Assembly (NCBI GenBank): GCA_023388255.1
Contig: JAEWGO010000006.1
Location: forward strand, 836 to 64,835
Reading direction: 5' to 3'
DNA: 64,000 nucleotides
DNA from: Pseudomonadota bacterium
GTDB lineage: Bacteria; Pseudomonadota; Gammaproteobacteria; Xanthomonadales; Rhodanobacteraceae
Position 1 is the stretch's first letter. Every line of letters starts with the position of its first letter. Positions 39,241 to 49,805 of this stretch are shown here, in pieces. Position numbers and translations under genes: made by a program. The notes under the pieces are model-generated. The model ran no database searches, had not been told where the DNA came from, and saw nothing but the letters and a program-made list of their open reading frames with translations.

Positions 39241-40809
39241 ATGTCCACGCCTGTTTACCTTTGCGCGCTTGCGCTGGCCGCGCTCGCATCCAGCGCCGTG
39301 GCCCGCGCTCCCGCCGACGATCCGTACGCATTCGACCCGGGTTTCCGCAACGGCGTCGCCGCGGTCGATCGTTTCGGCGGCAACAACGCCGACAACCGCG
39401 ACAACCACGGCAGCAAGGTCGCGACGCTTGCCGACGGCAGCGTGGTCGTCGCCTCGCTGGTGCAGAAGATCGGTGCCAGCGCGAATCAGGCCAACGGCTT
39501 CTACAACCTCGGTCTGGTGCGCTACACCACGAGCGGTCAGAAGATTGCGTGGACGAATGTCGATCCGGCCTACACCGATTCGAGCAAGAACTACATCGTC
39601 TACCCGAACACCGACACCACCGCACGCGAGGTCGCGGTGGTGGATATCCGGGAATACCAGAATCAGATCTACGTGCTGACCGAGCGTTCGATCGCGGGCA
39701 CCGACACCGACGTGCAGATTCGACGCTTCGGACTCGATGGCGCGTTTCTCGGCAATACCTGGGTGTTCAACGCGACCAATCCGGAAACCGGCGCCGGCAT
39801 GGTGTTCTGGCGCGATGGCGAGAGCGGTCCGTACAAGCTGATCGTGGCCGGAACGCGCTCGACCAGCGCGGGCGACACTGTCTACCTCGCCCGCTTTACG
39901 CTCGATCAGGCCGGTGCGCCGCAACTGGACAGTGGCACGTTCGGCATCGGCGGCTATCTCGATCGCAAGGTGGTGCGTTGCGAGGACGACGCCCACGGCC
40001 CGATGACGTGCCCGACCACCGCCAAAGCGGTGACGGCGTCCTACGGTGTGCTCGCCCACGCGTTTGGCGACGCCACCAATGGCGCCAGGCCGAACGTGTA
40101 CGTGCTCGGCGATTTTCCGCGCAAACTCGCCGGCCAGCCGGCCAATCGCGACCTGATGGTGATGAAGCTCGATGCCGATGGCGTACGCCAGGGCGGCTTC
40201 GGCAATGAAGCGACGGACGGGGTCATCACGCTCGGCTTTGATGCGGTCGGCAGCAACCTGAGCGACGTCGCGCGCGCGATCACCGCGAAAACCTACACGA
40301 CGAACCAGGGCGCGCTGGTGTTCGACCACATCAATGTCGTCGCGGCGGTGAGCCAACATTGCGGCACCGGCGTCGGCTTCGCATCGATGGATGAGCGCAA
40401 CCATCAATTCGCCAAAAAGGTATTCGGCGGCAGCAGCATGCTCAGCGGCGTATGCATGCAGGACCTGCACGACGATCCCGCCGGCATGGCATGGATCAAC
40501 GCATCACGCGTCGCGGTCGTCGGGCGCAGCTGGATGTCGGGAGGTACGACGGAGGTGGTTGCCAGCCCATTCATGGCCTTGCTGGACGAACGCCCTAACC
40601 CGCCGACCCTGACGGAATACCGCAAACATCCGATCCTGAACGCGGGCGGCGTGCGCGTCGGCAACGCCGCGTTCAACGGCGTGAGCGTTTCGTCCAATTC
40701 GACGTTGACAGCGGTCGGCGACGTGCAGGACAGCGGCAACAACCAGAAATACATGGTTGTCACTGCGCGCCTGGCCAGCGACCGGATTTTCGGCGACGAC
40801 ATGGACTGA
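39241..40809 (+). CDS. Secreted beta-rich (delta-60-repeat-like propeller) protein ending in DRIFGDDMD
   Basis: RBS GAGGAG, signal peptide 'MSTPVYLCALALAALASSAVA', and repeated 'FDPGF..G', 'LDSGTFG..G', 'DADG...GFG' turns. Confidence 0.78.
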   Translation: MSTPVYLCALALAALASSAVARAPADDPYAFDPGFRNGVAAVDRFGGNNADNRDNHGSKVATLADGSVVVASLVQKIGASANQANGFYNLGLVRYTTSGQKIAWTNVDPAYTDSSKNYIVYPNTDTTAREVAVVDIREYQNQIYVLTERSIAGTDTDVQIRRFGLDGAFLGNTWVFNATNPETGAGMVFWRDGESGPYKLIVAGTRSTSAGDTVYLARFTLDQAGAPQLDSGTFGIGGYLDRKVVRCEDDAHGPMTCPTTAKAVTASYGVLAHAFGDATNGARPNVYVLGDFPRKLAGQPANRDLMVMKLDADGVRQGGFGNEATDGVITLGFDAVGSNLSDVARAITAKTYTTNQGALVFDHINVVAAVSQHCGTGVGFASMDERNHQFAKKVFGGSSMLSGVCMQDLHDDPAGMAWINASRVAVVGRSWMSGGTTEVVASPFMALLDERPNPPTLTEYRKHPILNAGGVRVGNAAFNGVSVSSNSTLTAVGDVQDSGNNQKYMVVTARLASDRIFGDDMD

Positions 40810-40818
40810 TCGTCATAG

Positions 40819-40858
40819 CGGCGCCGCCGCGAGCGTCGTGACGCACGCGGCGGCGCCG
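40819..40858. terminator. GC-rich hairpin between convergent genes
   Basis: CGGCGCCGCCGCG-a-GCGTC..GACGC-a-CGCGGCGGCGCCG. Confidence 0.6.
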
Positions 40859-40861
40859 GGC

Positions 40862-42196
40862 TTACACGATCGCCGCGAACGCGTCCCGGGTCAGGTTTTC
40901 CGGATCGCCGTCGGTACAGACAACGTCGTCCTCGATGCGGATGCCGCCATACTTGCGGAACGCATCGACCCTGGCCCAGTCGACATCCTTCGCGGCGGGT
41001 TTGTTCTTCAGTTCCGCCAGCAGCATGTCGATGAAATAGAGGCCGGGTTCGATCGTCACGACCATGCCGGGTTCGAGTGCGCGCGTCATGCGCAGATACG
41101 GGTGGCCCGGCGGACGCGGCAACGTGCCGCCGGCATCGCTGGCCTGGAAGCCGGCGACGTCGTGCACCTGCAGGCCGATCGGGTGGCCGAGGCCGTGCGG
41201 AAAAAACACGCTCGAGACGCCCGATTCGACCGCGCTCTCCGCACTCATGCGGATGAAACCGTGATCCTTCAGGATGCCGGCGAGCACGTGGTGTGCATGG
41301 ATGTGCAACTCGGGATAGCTCTGTCCGGCGCGTACCTTCGCGCAGAAGCCCTGCTGCGCGGCGTCGACGGCGTCGATCAGCGCCTGGAATTCGCCGGCAT
41401 CGGCAGCGGCGCAGGTTCGCGTGATGTCGCTGGCGTAACCATGGAAGCTGGCGCCGGCGTCGATCAGGAACGAGTGCGCATGCGCCGGCGGCGCGTGCGC
41501 GAGTTCGGTGTAGTGCAGCACCGCGCAATGCTCGTTCAGCGCGATGATGTTGCCGTAGGGCAGGTCGTTGTCGGCTTGCCGCGCGGCCGCCATGTAGGCG
41601 ACGTGGATGTCGAACTCCGATGCGGCGGCGCGGAATGCGCGCTCGGCGGCGCGGTGCGCACGTGCGCCGATCTTGCTGGCGACGCGCATCATCGCCAGTT
41701 CGTAGGCAGTCTTGTGCGAGCGCTGGTAGTGCAGGTAGTCGAGCACGTCCTGCGGATTGTTCGGCGCGAACCCTTCCGGCGTCGCGATCGCTTCGCCCAC
41801 GATCGCGCAGCGCGCGGCATCGTTCGGCAGGCGCGCGCGCGCTTCCTTCGCGTCGCGGATGATCTCGATGTCGAAGTGTTCGACCCAGTAACCGGCCGGC
41901 GCATCCGGCACCACATGCCAGTAATCATGCGGTTGCAGGTAGACCAGCTTCGGCTTCTTTCCCGGCGTGTAGACGATCCATGAGCCGGGCGCCTTCGTCA
42001 CCGGCAGCCAGTGCTTGAAATGCGGATTGACCACGAACGGATACGGGCGATCGTCGAGGAACTGGTACGCCGGCTGGCCAGCGGCGATGACGAGATGGTC
42101 ATGGCCGCCGCGCAACAGCGCCTTGTCGGCGCGCGCCTTCAGCGTGGCGAGGTGGTCGGCGAACAGCGGGTGCAGGTCGGGATGCTGGGTGTCCAT
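40862..42196 (-). CDS. pepQ: Xaa-Pro dipeptidase (prolidase)
   Basis: 'FLDDRPYPFVVNPHFKHW', 'FLIDAGA...YASDITRT', 'HGLGHPIGLQVHDV', 'TIEPGLYF', 'GGIRIEDD'. Confidence 0.96.
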   Translation of the reverse strand: MDTQHPDLHPLFADHLATLKARADKALLRGGHDHLVIAAGQPAYQFLDDRPYPFVVNPHFKHWLPVTKAPGSWIVYTPGKKPKLVYLQPHDYWHVVPDAPAGYWVEHFDIEIIRDAKEARARLPNDAARCAIVGEAIATPEGFAPNNPQDVLDYLHYQRSHKTAYELAMMRVASKIGARAHRAAERAFRAAASEFDIHVAYMAAARQADNDLPYGNIIALNEHCAVLHYTELAHAPPAHAHSFLIDAGASFHGYASDITRTCAAADAGEFQALIDAVDAAQQGFCAKVRAGQSYPELHIHAHHVLAGILKDHGFIRMSAESAVESGVSSVFFPHGLGHPIGLQVHDVAGFQASDAGGTLPRPPGHPYLRMTRALEPGMVVTIEPGLYFIDMLLAELKNKPAAKDVDWARVDAFRKYGGIRIEDDVVCTDGDPENLTRDAFAAIV

Positions 42197-42356
42197 GGCG
42201 CGCGGGCTGGTGGGCGAGCGTGCATTGTGCCGCGGCGCGCGCGTGCTGGCGATGTGAAGATCGGCATGGGCTGCCCGCAAGGGCCGCAATCGCCGCGCTC
42301 GTCGAAACCGTGTCGCATCGATCGAGACGGCGTGGAGGGAGGGTGGTGGATGCCGA

Positions 42357-42902
42357 TCAGCCGTCCGATGTCGCGCCGAACTCCTTGCGCAGCCAGTCGC
42401 CGAGCATGCGCTTTTCATAGCGCAGCGGGTCGTCGGTGTTGATCGTGCCGCGCGCGAGGAAGGCGAGGTCGGTCAGCTTGCGTTCGCCTGTCGCCAGCGT
42501 CTTGCCATTCGCGTCGGTCAACGTGAAGCGCAGGTCGATGCGCGGCGGATAGATGTCCTTGATGAAACGCACGTCGCTCCATTGGGCGCCGCGCCACGGC
42601 TCGAAGCTGCCAGCGCGCTTGATGTCGGTGAACGTCACCTTGAGATGCTGGCCCGGCGGCAACGCCCGGCCGGCGCGGTTTTCCAGCCAGCGCGAGAGCG
42701 TTTGCAGCCACTCCTCGGGATGGCGGCGCGCGGGACTTGTCGATGGACTGTCGCGCACATCCGCGAATTGCTGCGGATCGGTCCAATCGACCTGCACGCG
42801 CGCTGATTGCGCCGTTTGGGCGGGCGTGGTCGCGCAGCCGCCGAGCAGGCCGTTGCCGAGGATGACCAGGCCAAGAAGGGAAATCAGGATGGGACGTTTC
42901 AT
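42357..42902 (-). CDS. DUF3016 family lipoprotein
   Basis: Lipobox 'LLGGC', 'VDWTDPQQFADV', 'TDIKRAG.FEP', 'KDIYPPRI', 'LRYEKRML.DW'. Confidence 0.85.
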   Translation of the reverse strand: MKRPILISLLGLVILGNGLLGGCATTPAQTAQSARVQVDWTDPQQFADVRDSPSTSPARRHPEEWLQTLSRWLENRAGRALPPGQHLKVTFTDIKRAGSFEPWRGAQWSDVRFIKDIYPPRIDLRFTLTDANGKTLATGERKLTDLAFLARGTINTDDPLRYEKRMLGDWLRKEFGATSDG

Positions 42903-43074
42903 GGTCGCCTCGCGGGTTCCGTGGAATGCGATTGTCGCAGTGCTGTTGAAAGGACGCGGCTGCAGGCACGATCGTCGCTGCATGTGAGGATCGCGCTCAT
43001 GCGGCGGCAATGCGAGTGGCTGATCCAAATGGCGTGCGTCACTGGCTGCGCCCGGTCGAACATGCTTCAATGCC

Positions 43075-45116
<2,042 letters not shown>

Positions 45117-45190
45117 AAACCCGACGTCCGGACGCGTGCGGTTCGAGTGCGCAAACGCCCGCACTACGGGAGGCCAGCTGATGGGTGCAG

Positions 45191-45217
45191 CATCCCCGCA
45201 ACGGATCTGCGGGGATG
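45191..45217 (+). terminator. Hairpin downstream of thiC
   Basis: CATCCCCGCA-acggatc-TGCGGGGATG, followed by TCCATTTCT. Confidence 0.5.
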
Positions 45218-45491
45218 TCCATTTCTGCAAACCACGTCCATCAGCAACAGGCGCCCGCATTGCTATTCTGACGTGATTGGCCGCATGGCCTGCGGCAGGG
45301 GGACGTTGGGTGGCGTTTCATGCGATAGACCGATGAGGGGTCCGGAGATTCGACGCCTGGCCCCGCACGCAGATGGCATGCGTTCCCGGATTCCGCTTTT
45401 GGCGGTCATGCTGCACGGCACCTGCGCTGACCACGCATCCGGTGTCCGGGGCATCGACCTTTCCGCGGCACCGTCCGCTCGATCCGCGGCG

Positions 45492-48400
45492 ATGTTTTCT
45501 TCGTTCCGGCGTCGCATCGTCCTCGGTTTGATGGCGAGTGCGATCGCGCTGGCGGTTCCGGCCGGCGCGAACGCGGCCGAGCCGGAACCGCTGTGGGCGC
45601 AGCGCCACTACGGGTCGACCGATGGATTGCCGGTCAGCAGCGCCAGTTCCGCGCGCATCGATACCGATGGGTTCCTGTGGCTGGCGACGCACGACGGCCT
45701 GGCGCGTTTCGACGGCCAGCGTTTCGACGTGCACGATTCAATGCGTTTTCCGGCGCTGTCGGGCAATCGCGTGCAGTCATTGCACATGGACGCGCGCCAG
45801 CGACTGTTCGCGTACACCGCGCATGGCGATTGGGTGACGGTGCGTTCGGGCCGCATCGAGCGCGTGCCGCTCGGCAATGAGGGGCCGCAGAACGTGCGTC
45901 ACGTCGACCCGGCCAGCCTGTGCCTGACCACCGCGCAAGCGTTGTACTGCCCGGATGGCGCCGGCGGCTTTCCGCTGCGGGTGCACCTGCCGGCAGAGGC
46001 GGAACCGGCAATGGCATTGCCGGGGGCCGGCGATGCGGTCTGGATGATTACCACCACCGGCGATGTGTGGCTGCGCCGGCAAGCGGTCTGGCGCATGGTG
46101 TGGCGCACGCGGGTCACCGCCATGCCGCAGCAACCGCACGCTGCCCTCACCACGGCCGACGGCCAGTTGTGGACCGATGCGGCCGGCCGTTTGCTGCGTG
46201 TCACCAGCGATGGCGAGGCGACGCGCTGGCTCGATCGCGACAGTCCATCGGAACTGCTGCAATTGCGTCGCGACGACGACGGGCGCGTGTGGATCGGCGC
46301 AACCAATGGCGTCTACACGGTCGTTGCCGGCCATCCGCAGCGGGTTTTCGCCGAAGACGACAGCGCTCCCACGCCGCTCGACTACCGCAGTTGGCGCGCT
46401 CCGGATGGCGCGCTGTGGCTCAGCCACGGCGGTCGCCTGTGGCGAACGCACACGGCGACGACGGGCGAATCGATCGCGCCGCGGTCGCCGTTGCTTGCCA
46501 GTCCGGGCGTCATCCAGGACGTGCTGTTCGGTGATGACGATGTGGTCTGGGTGATGACGCTGCACGATGGTGTCCATCGCCTCAATCGCGCACGCGTGGA
46601 TCTGCTCGATGCCGCCGCCGGCCTCGCCGGTGGCAACGTGTACAGCGTGGCGCAGGACCGCGACGGCTGCATGTGGCTGGGGAGCCTCGGCAGTGGCCTG
46701 ATGGCGATCGATCGCGACGAGCGGCTGCGCCATTTCGGTCGCGCCGATGGCCTGCCCGGCGACAACCCGTGGCTGGTCGCCGCGGCGCGCGACGGCAGCA
46801 TCTATGTCGGCACCTACGCTCCGGGCCTGTGGCGGCGTGCGCCCGGGGCGCAGCGTTTCGAGGCGGTGGCGTTGCCGGCCGGACTGCTCGGCGAACAGGT
46901 GCTGGCGATCGCGTTCGATGCGGCCGGGCGATTGTGGCTTGGCACCACGGCCGGTGCCTGGCGCCGCGACGGAGACGAATGGGAACGTCAATGGCCGTCC
47001 GCGCCGCGTCGCGTGCGCGTCGCCGCGCTGGCATTGGCCGATGACGGCGAAGTCTGGTTCGGCGGCGCCGAAGGCGTCTGGCGCCAGCATGGCGGGCAGG
47101 GCCATCCGGTGGCCGCGGAGGTGTTGTCGCGGACCTCGGTGCGCGACCTTTACAGGACTGCCGATGGTGCGCTGTGGATCAGCACCGATGGCCGCGGTCT
47201 GGTGCGGGTCGCGCCCGACGACCCGCGCGGCATTCACGCGGTGCGGCTGGGTCGCGCACAGGGATTGCCGTCGAACAGCCCGCACACCGTGCGCGAAGAC
47301 GCACATGGCCATGTCTGGGTGAACAGCAACCAGGGCATCTTCCGCATCAGCCGTCCGGGTTTGCTCGCGTTCCTCGCCGGCTCCGTGCAACGCCTTTCGC
47401 CCCTGGTGCTGGGTCTGTCCGACGGGCTCACCGAGCTTGAGGGCAATGGCGGCGTGCAGCCGGCGGCGGCGTTCGATCAGCGCGGACGGCTGTGGTTTCC
47501 GTCGCAGCGCGGCGTCGTCCGCTTCGATCCGCTGGCGATCGCGCTGCGCGAGCATGCGCCGCACGCGATCATCGATGGGCTGGAAAGCGACGGCCAGCCC
47601 TTGCAGCCCGATCGCGCGGGCCGGTTGCCGCTCGGCGTGCGCACGATCCTGCTGCGCTACGACGCGGCCGACCTCAGCACTGGCAGCCAGACGCGCTTCC
47701 GTTACCGCTTGCTGCCGCAGGACCGCAACTGGACCGATGCGGCGAGCGAACGTTCGGCATCGTTTTCGACCTTGCAGCCCGGCCGCTACCGCTTCGAACT
47801 GCTGGCCGGCAACAGCGACGGCATCTGGGCCGAGACCCCGATCGCACTCGACTTCGAAGTGCCCTCGCGCTGGCACGAGACACGCACGTTCCAGTGGTCC
47901 GCGCTCGCCGCGCTCGGGCTGCTGGCGCTGGCGCTGGTGCGTCTGCGCCTGCGCGCGCTGCGGTTGCGTACGCTCGAACTCGATCGCCAGGTTGGCCTGC
48001 GTACCGGCGAACTGGTGTCCGAGAAGGCGCGCGTGGAAAGCGCCTTGGTCGAGCTTGCGCGCACGCATCGGGAAATCGAGGACAGCAATCTGCGTCTGGC
48101 CGAACAGGCGCAACGGCTCGCCGCGCTGGACCAGTTCCGCACGCGCGTGCTCGCCGATGTCAGCCACGAATTGCGCACGCCGGTGATGCTGGTGTCACTG
48201 CCGCTGCGCGAACTGCACGCGCACGCCGGCCAGCTGGCGGCCGCGGACCGCAGCCGGCTCGAGCTGTCGCTGAAGCAGCTGGAGCGGTTGGGCGGACTGG
48301 TCGAGCAGCTGCTCGATCTGGTGCAGGCCGAGGCCGGACAGACGCGCCTGCGCGTGCGCCGGCTCGATCTGGCCGAGCTCCTGCGCGAGATCGCCGCAGG

Positions 48401-49586
48401 CTACCGACCGGCGGCCGCACGCGCCGGCGTCGAGCTGGCAGTGCAGGGGGACGCAGACGGCATTCCCTTGTTCGGCGACAGCGGGCGGCTGACCATGGTG
48501 TTCGGCAATCTGATCGACAACGCGATCAAGTACGCGCCAGCGGGCGGCACGATCGTGATCCAGCTTGATCGCGGCGACGAGCATGCGATTGTCGAGGTGA
48601 GCGACGAAGGCCCGGGATTCGATCCCGCTGTCGGCGGGCGCCTGTTCCAGCGGTTCTATCGTGCGGAAGGTCCGCCCCGGCAGGGGCGCGAAGGGCTTGG
48701 CATCGGGTTGGCGTTGGCGCGCGAGCTGGTCGAACTGCACGGTGGACGCATCGCGGCTCGGAGCACGCCCGGCGCGGGCGCGACGTTCCGGGTCGAGCTG
48801 CCGCTCGGCAGCGCGCATGTCGCGCTCGACGATCTCGTGCTCGATCCGGTGCAAGGCGCCGCGCCGCCGTCGGTCGCGTCGGTGCAACGCGGTGACGGCA
48901 GCGTGCTGCTGGTCGAGGACCATCCCGACCTTGCTACATATCTGGCCGAACGGCTCGGCGAGCACCTGCCGGTGACCTGCGTCGGCAGCGCCGAACAGGC
49001 GGTGCAGGCGCTGGCCGACGATCCCGGCATCCGGCTGGTGGTCAGCGACGTCGTGCTGCCCGGCGCCAGCGGTCTGCAACTGTGCAGGCAACTCGCCAGT
49101 GCGGGCGAAGCACGACGGCGACCGGTGATCCTGATCTCGGCGCGCGCCGCCGACACCGATCGCGAGGCCGGCCTCGCCGCCGGCGCGGTCGCCTGGCTGG
49201 CCAAGCCCTTCAGCTTCGAATCGCTGTTGAACGCGATGGCCGATGCGTGGCCCGAGGCGCGACCGCGGCTGGCCGCGAATCCGCTCGATCCGGCTGCATT
49301 GGATCCACTGCTCGCCATTGCGCTGCGCGGACTCGGCGACGCCGCATTCACGATCGCCGAGTGGGCGACGCAGGCGCATCTGTCGGAGCGGCAATTGCGC
49401 CGCCGCGTCGGTGAACTGAGCGGCCAATCACCGCAAATCTGGTTGCGCGAACAGCGGCTGCTGCGCGTGCGTCACCTGCTGCGCAGCGGTGCCTGCAAGA
49501 CCCTCGCCGAAGCCGGGGCGCGTTGCGGGCTGGACAACCCGGCCTATCTCTATCGCAGTTACCGGGCGCGGTTCGGCGAGCACTGA
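45492..49586 (+). CDS. Hybrid two-component system protein (propeller-Y_Y_Y-TM-HisKA-HATPase-REC-AraC HTH)
   Basis: Signal peptide, 'DGLP/DxxGxLW' blades, 'ASFSTLQPGRYRFELLAGNSDG', 'DVSHELRTP', 'NLIDNAIKY...DEGPG...GLGIGL', REC 'VEDH...SDVVLPG...KPF', and AraC 'LSERQLRR...CGLDNPAYLYRSYRARFG'. Confidence 0.93.
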   Translation: MFSSFRRRIVLGLMASAIALAVPAGANAAEPEPLWAQRHYGSTDGLPVSSASSARIDTDGFLWLATHDGLARFDGQRFDVHDSMRFPALSGNRVQSLHMDARQRLFAYTAHGDWVTVRSGRIERVPLGNEGPQNVRHVDPASLCLTTAQALYCPDGAGGFPLRVHLPAEAEPAMALPGAGDAVWMITTTGDVWLRRQAVWRMVWRTRVTAMPQQPHAALTTADGQLWTDAAGRLLRVTSDGEATRWLDRDSPSELLQLRRDDDGRVWIGATNGVYTVVAGHPQRVFAEDDSAPTPLDYRSWRAPDGALWLSHGGRLWRTHTATTGESIAPRSPLLASPGVIQDVLFGDDDVVWVMTLHDGVHRLNRARVDLLDAAAGLAGGNVYSVAQDRDGCMWLGSLGSGLMAIDRDERLRHFGRADGLPGDNPWLVAAARDGSIYVGTYAPGLWRRAPGAQRFEAVALPAGLLGEQVLAIAFDAAGRLWLGTTAGAWRRDGDEWERQWPSAPRRVRVAALALADDGEVWFGGAEGVWRQHGGQGHPVAAEVLSRTSVRDLYRTADGALWISTDGRGLVRVAPDDPRGIHAVRLGRAQGLPSNSPHTVREDAHGHVWVNSNQGIFRISRPGLLAFLAGSVQRLSPLVLGLSDGLTELEGNGGVQPAAAFDQRGRLWFPSQRGVVRFDPLAIALREHAPHAIIDGLESDGQPLQPDRAGRLPLGVRTILLRYDAADLSTGSQTRFRYRLLPQDRNWTDAASERSASFSTLQPGRYRFELLAGNSDGIWAETPIALDFEVPSRWHETRTFQWSALAALGLLALALVRLRLRALRLRTLELDRQVGLRTGELVSEKARVESALVELARTHREIEDSNLRLAEQAQRLAALDQFRTRVLADVSHELRTPVMLVSLPLRELHAHAGQLAAADRSRLELSLKQLERLGGLVEQLLDLVQAEAGQTRLRVRRLDLAELLREIAAGYRPAAARAGVELAVQGDADGIPLFGDSGRLTMVFGNLIDNAIKYAPAGGTIVIQLDRGDEHAIVEVSDEGPGFDPAVGGRLFQRFYRAEGPPRQGREGLGIGLALARELVELHGGRIAARSTPGAGATFRVELPLGSAHVALDDLVLDPVQGAAPPSVASVQRGDGSVLLVEDHPDLATYLAERLGEHLPVTCVGSAEQAVQALADDPGIRLVVSDVVLPGASGLQLCRQLASAGEARRRPVILISARAADTDREAGLAAGAVAWLAKPFSFESLLNAMADAWPEARPRLAANPLDPAALDPLLAIALRGLGDAAFTIAEWATQAHLSERQLRRRVGELSGQSPQIWLREQRLLRVRHLLRSGACKTLAEAGARCGLDNPAYLYRSYRARFGEH

Positions 49587-49658
49587 TCCGCCGAGCGGCC
49601 GATTCCGGCGCGCTCCAGACGATTGATTTCCGGGGAAATCCGCCCGCCGTCGGGCGCG

Positions 49659-49688
49659 ATGTCCGCTGCGTGCATGCCGACGTCCGCT
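49659..49688 (+). promoter_or_regulatory. Direct repeat A(T/C)GTCCGCT with a 21-bp period; candidate AraC-type operator
   Basis: ATGTCCGCT at 49659 and ACGTCCGCT at 49680, in the gap between the HTCS gene and the surface-protein operon. Confidence 0.45.
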
Positions 49689-49805
49689 CAGGGCATGGGC
49701 AGTGCGGTGCACCGGGGACACCATCGCCTCGGGGCCATGCCGCCGAATTTCCCCGCGCGTTTCGCGCGGGACGCCGGGCATGGACGGTTCACGCGGAGAG
49801 CATCC

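Noticed and set aside
40862..42196. pepQ as a recent duplicate of pepP
   Set aside because: The shared motifs are general M24 family features; each protein carries its own PepP- or PepQ-specific N-terminus.
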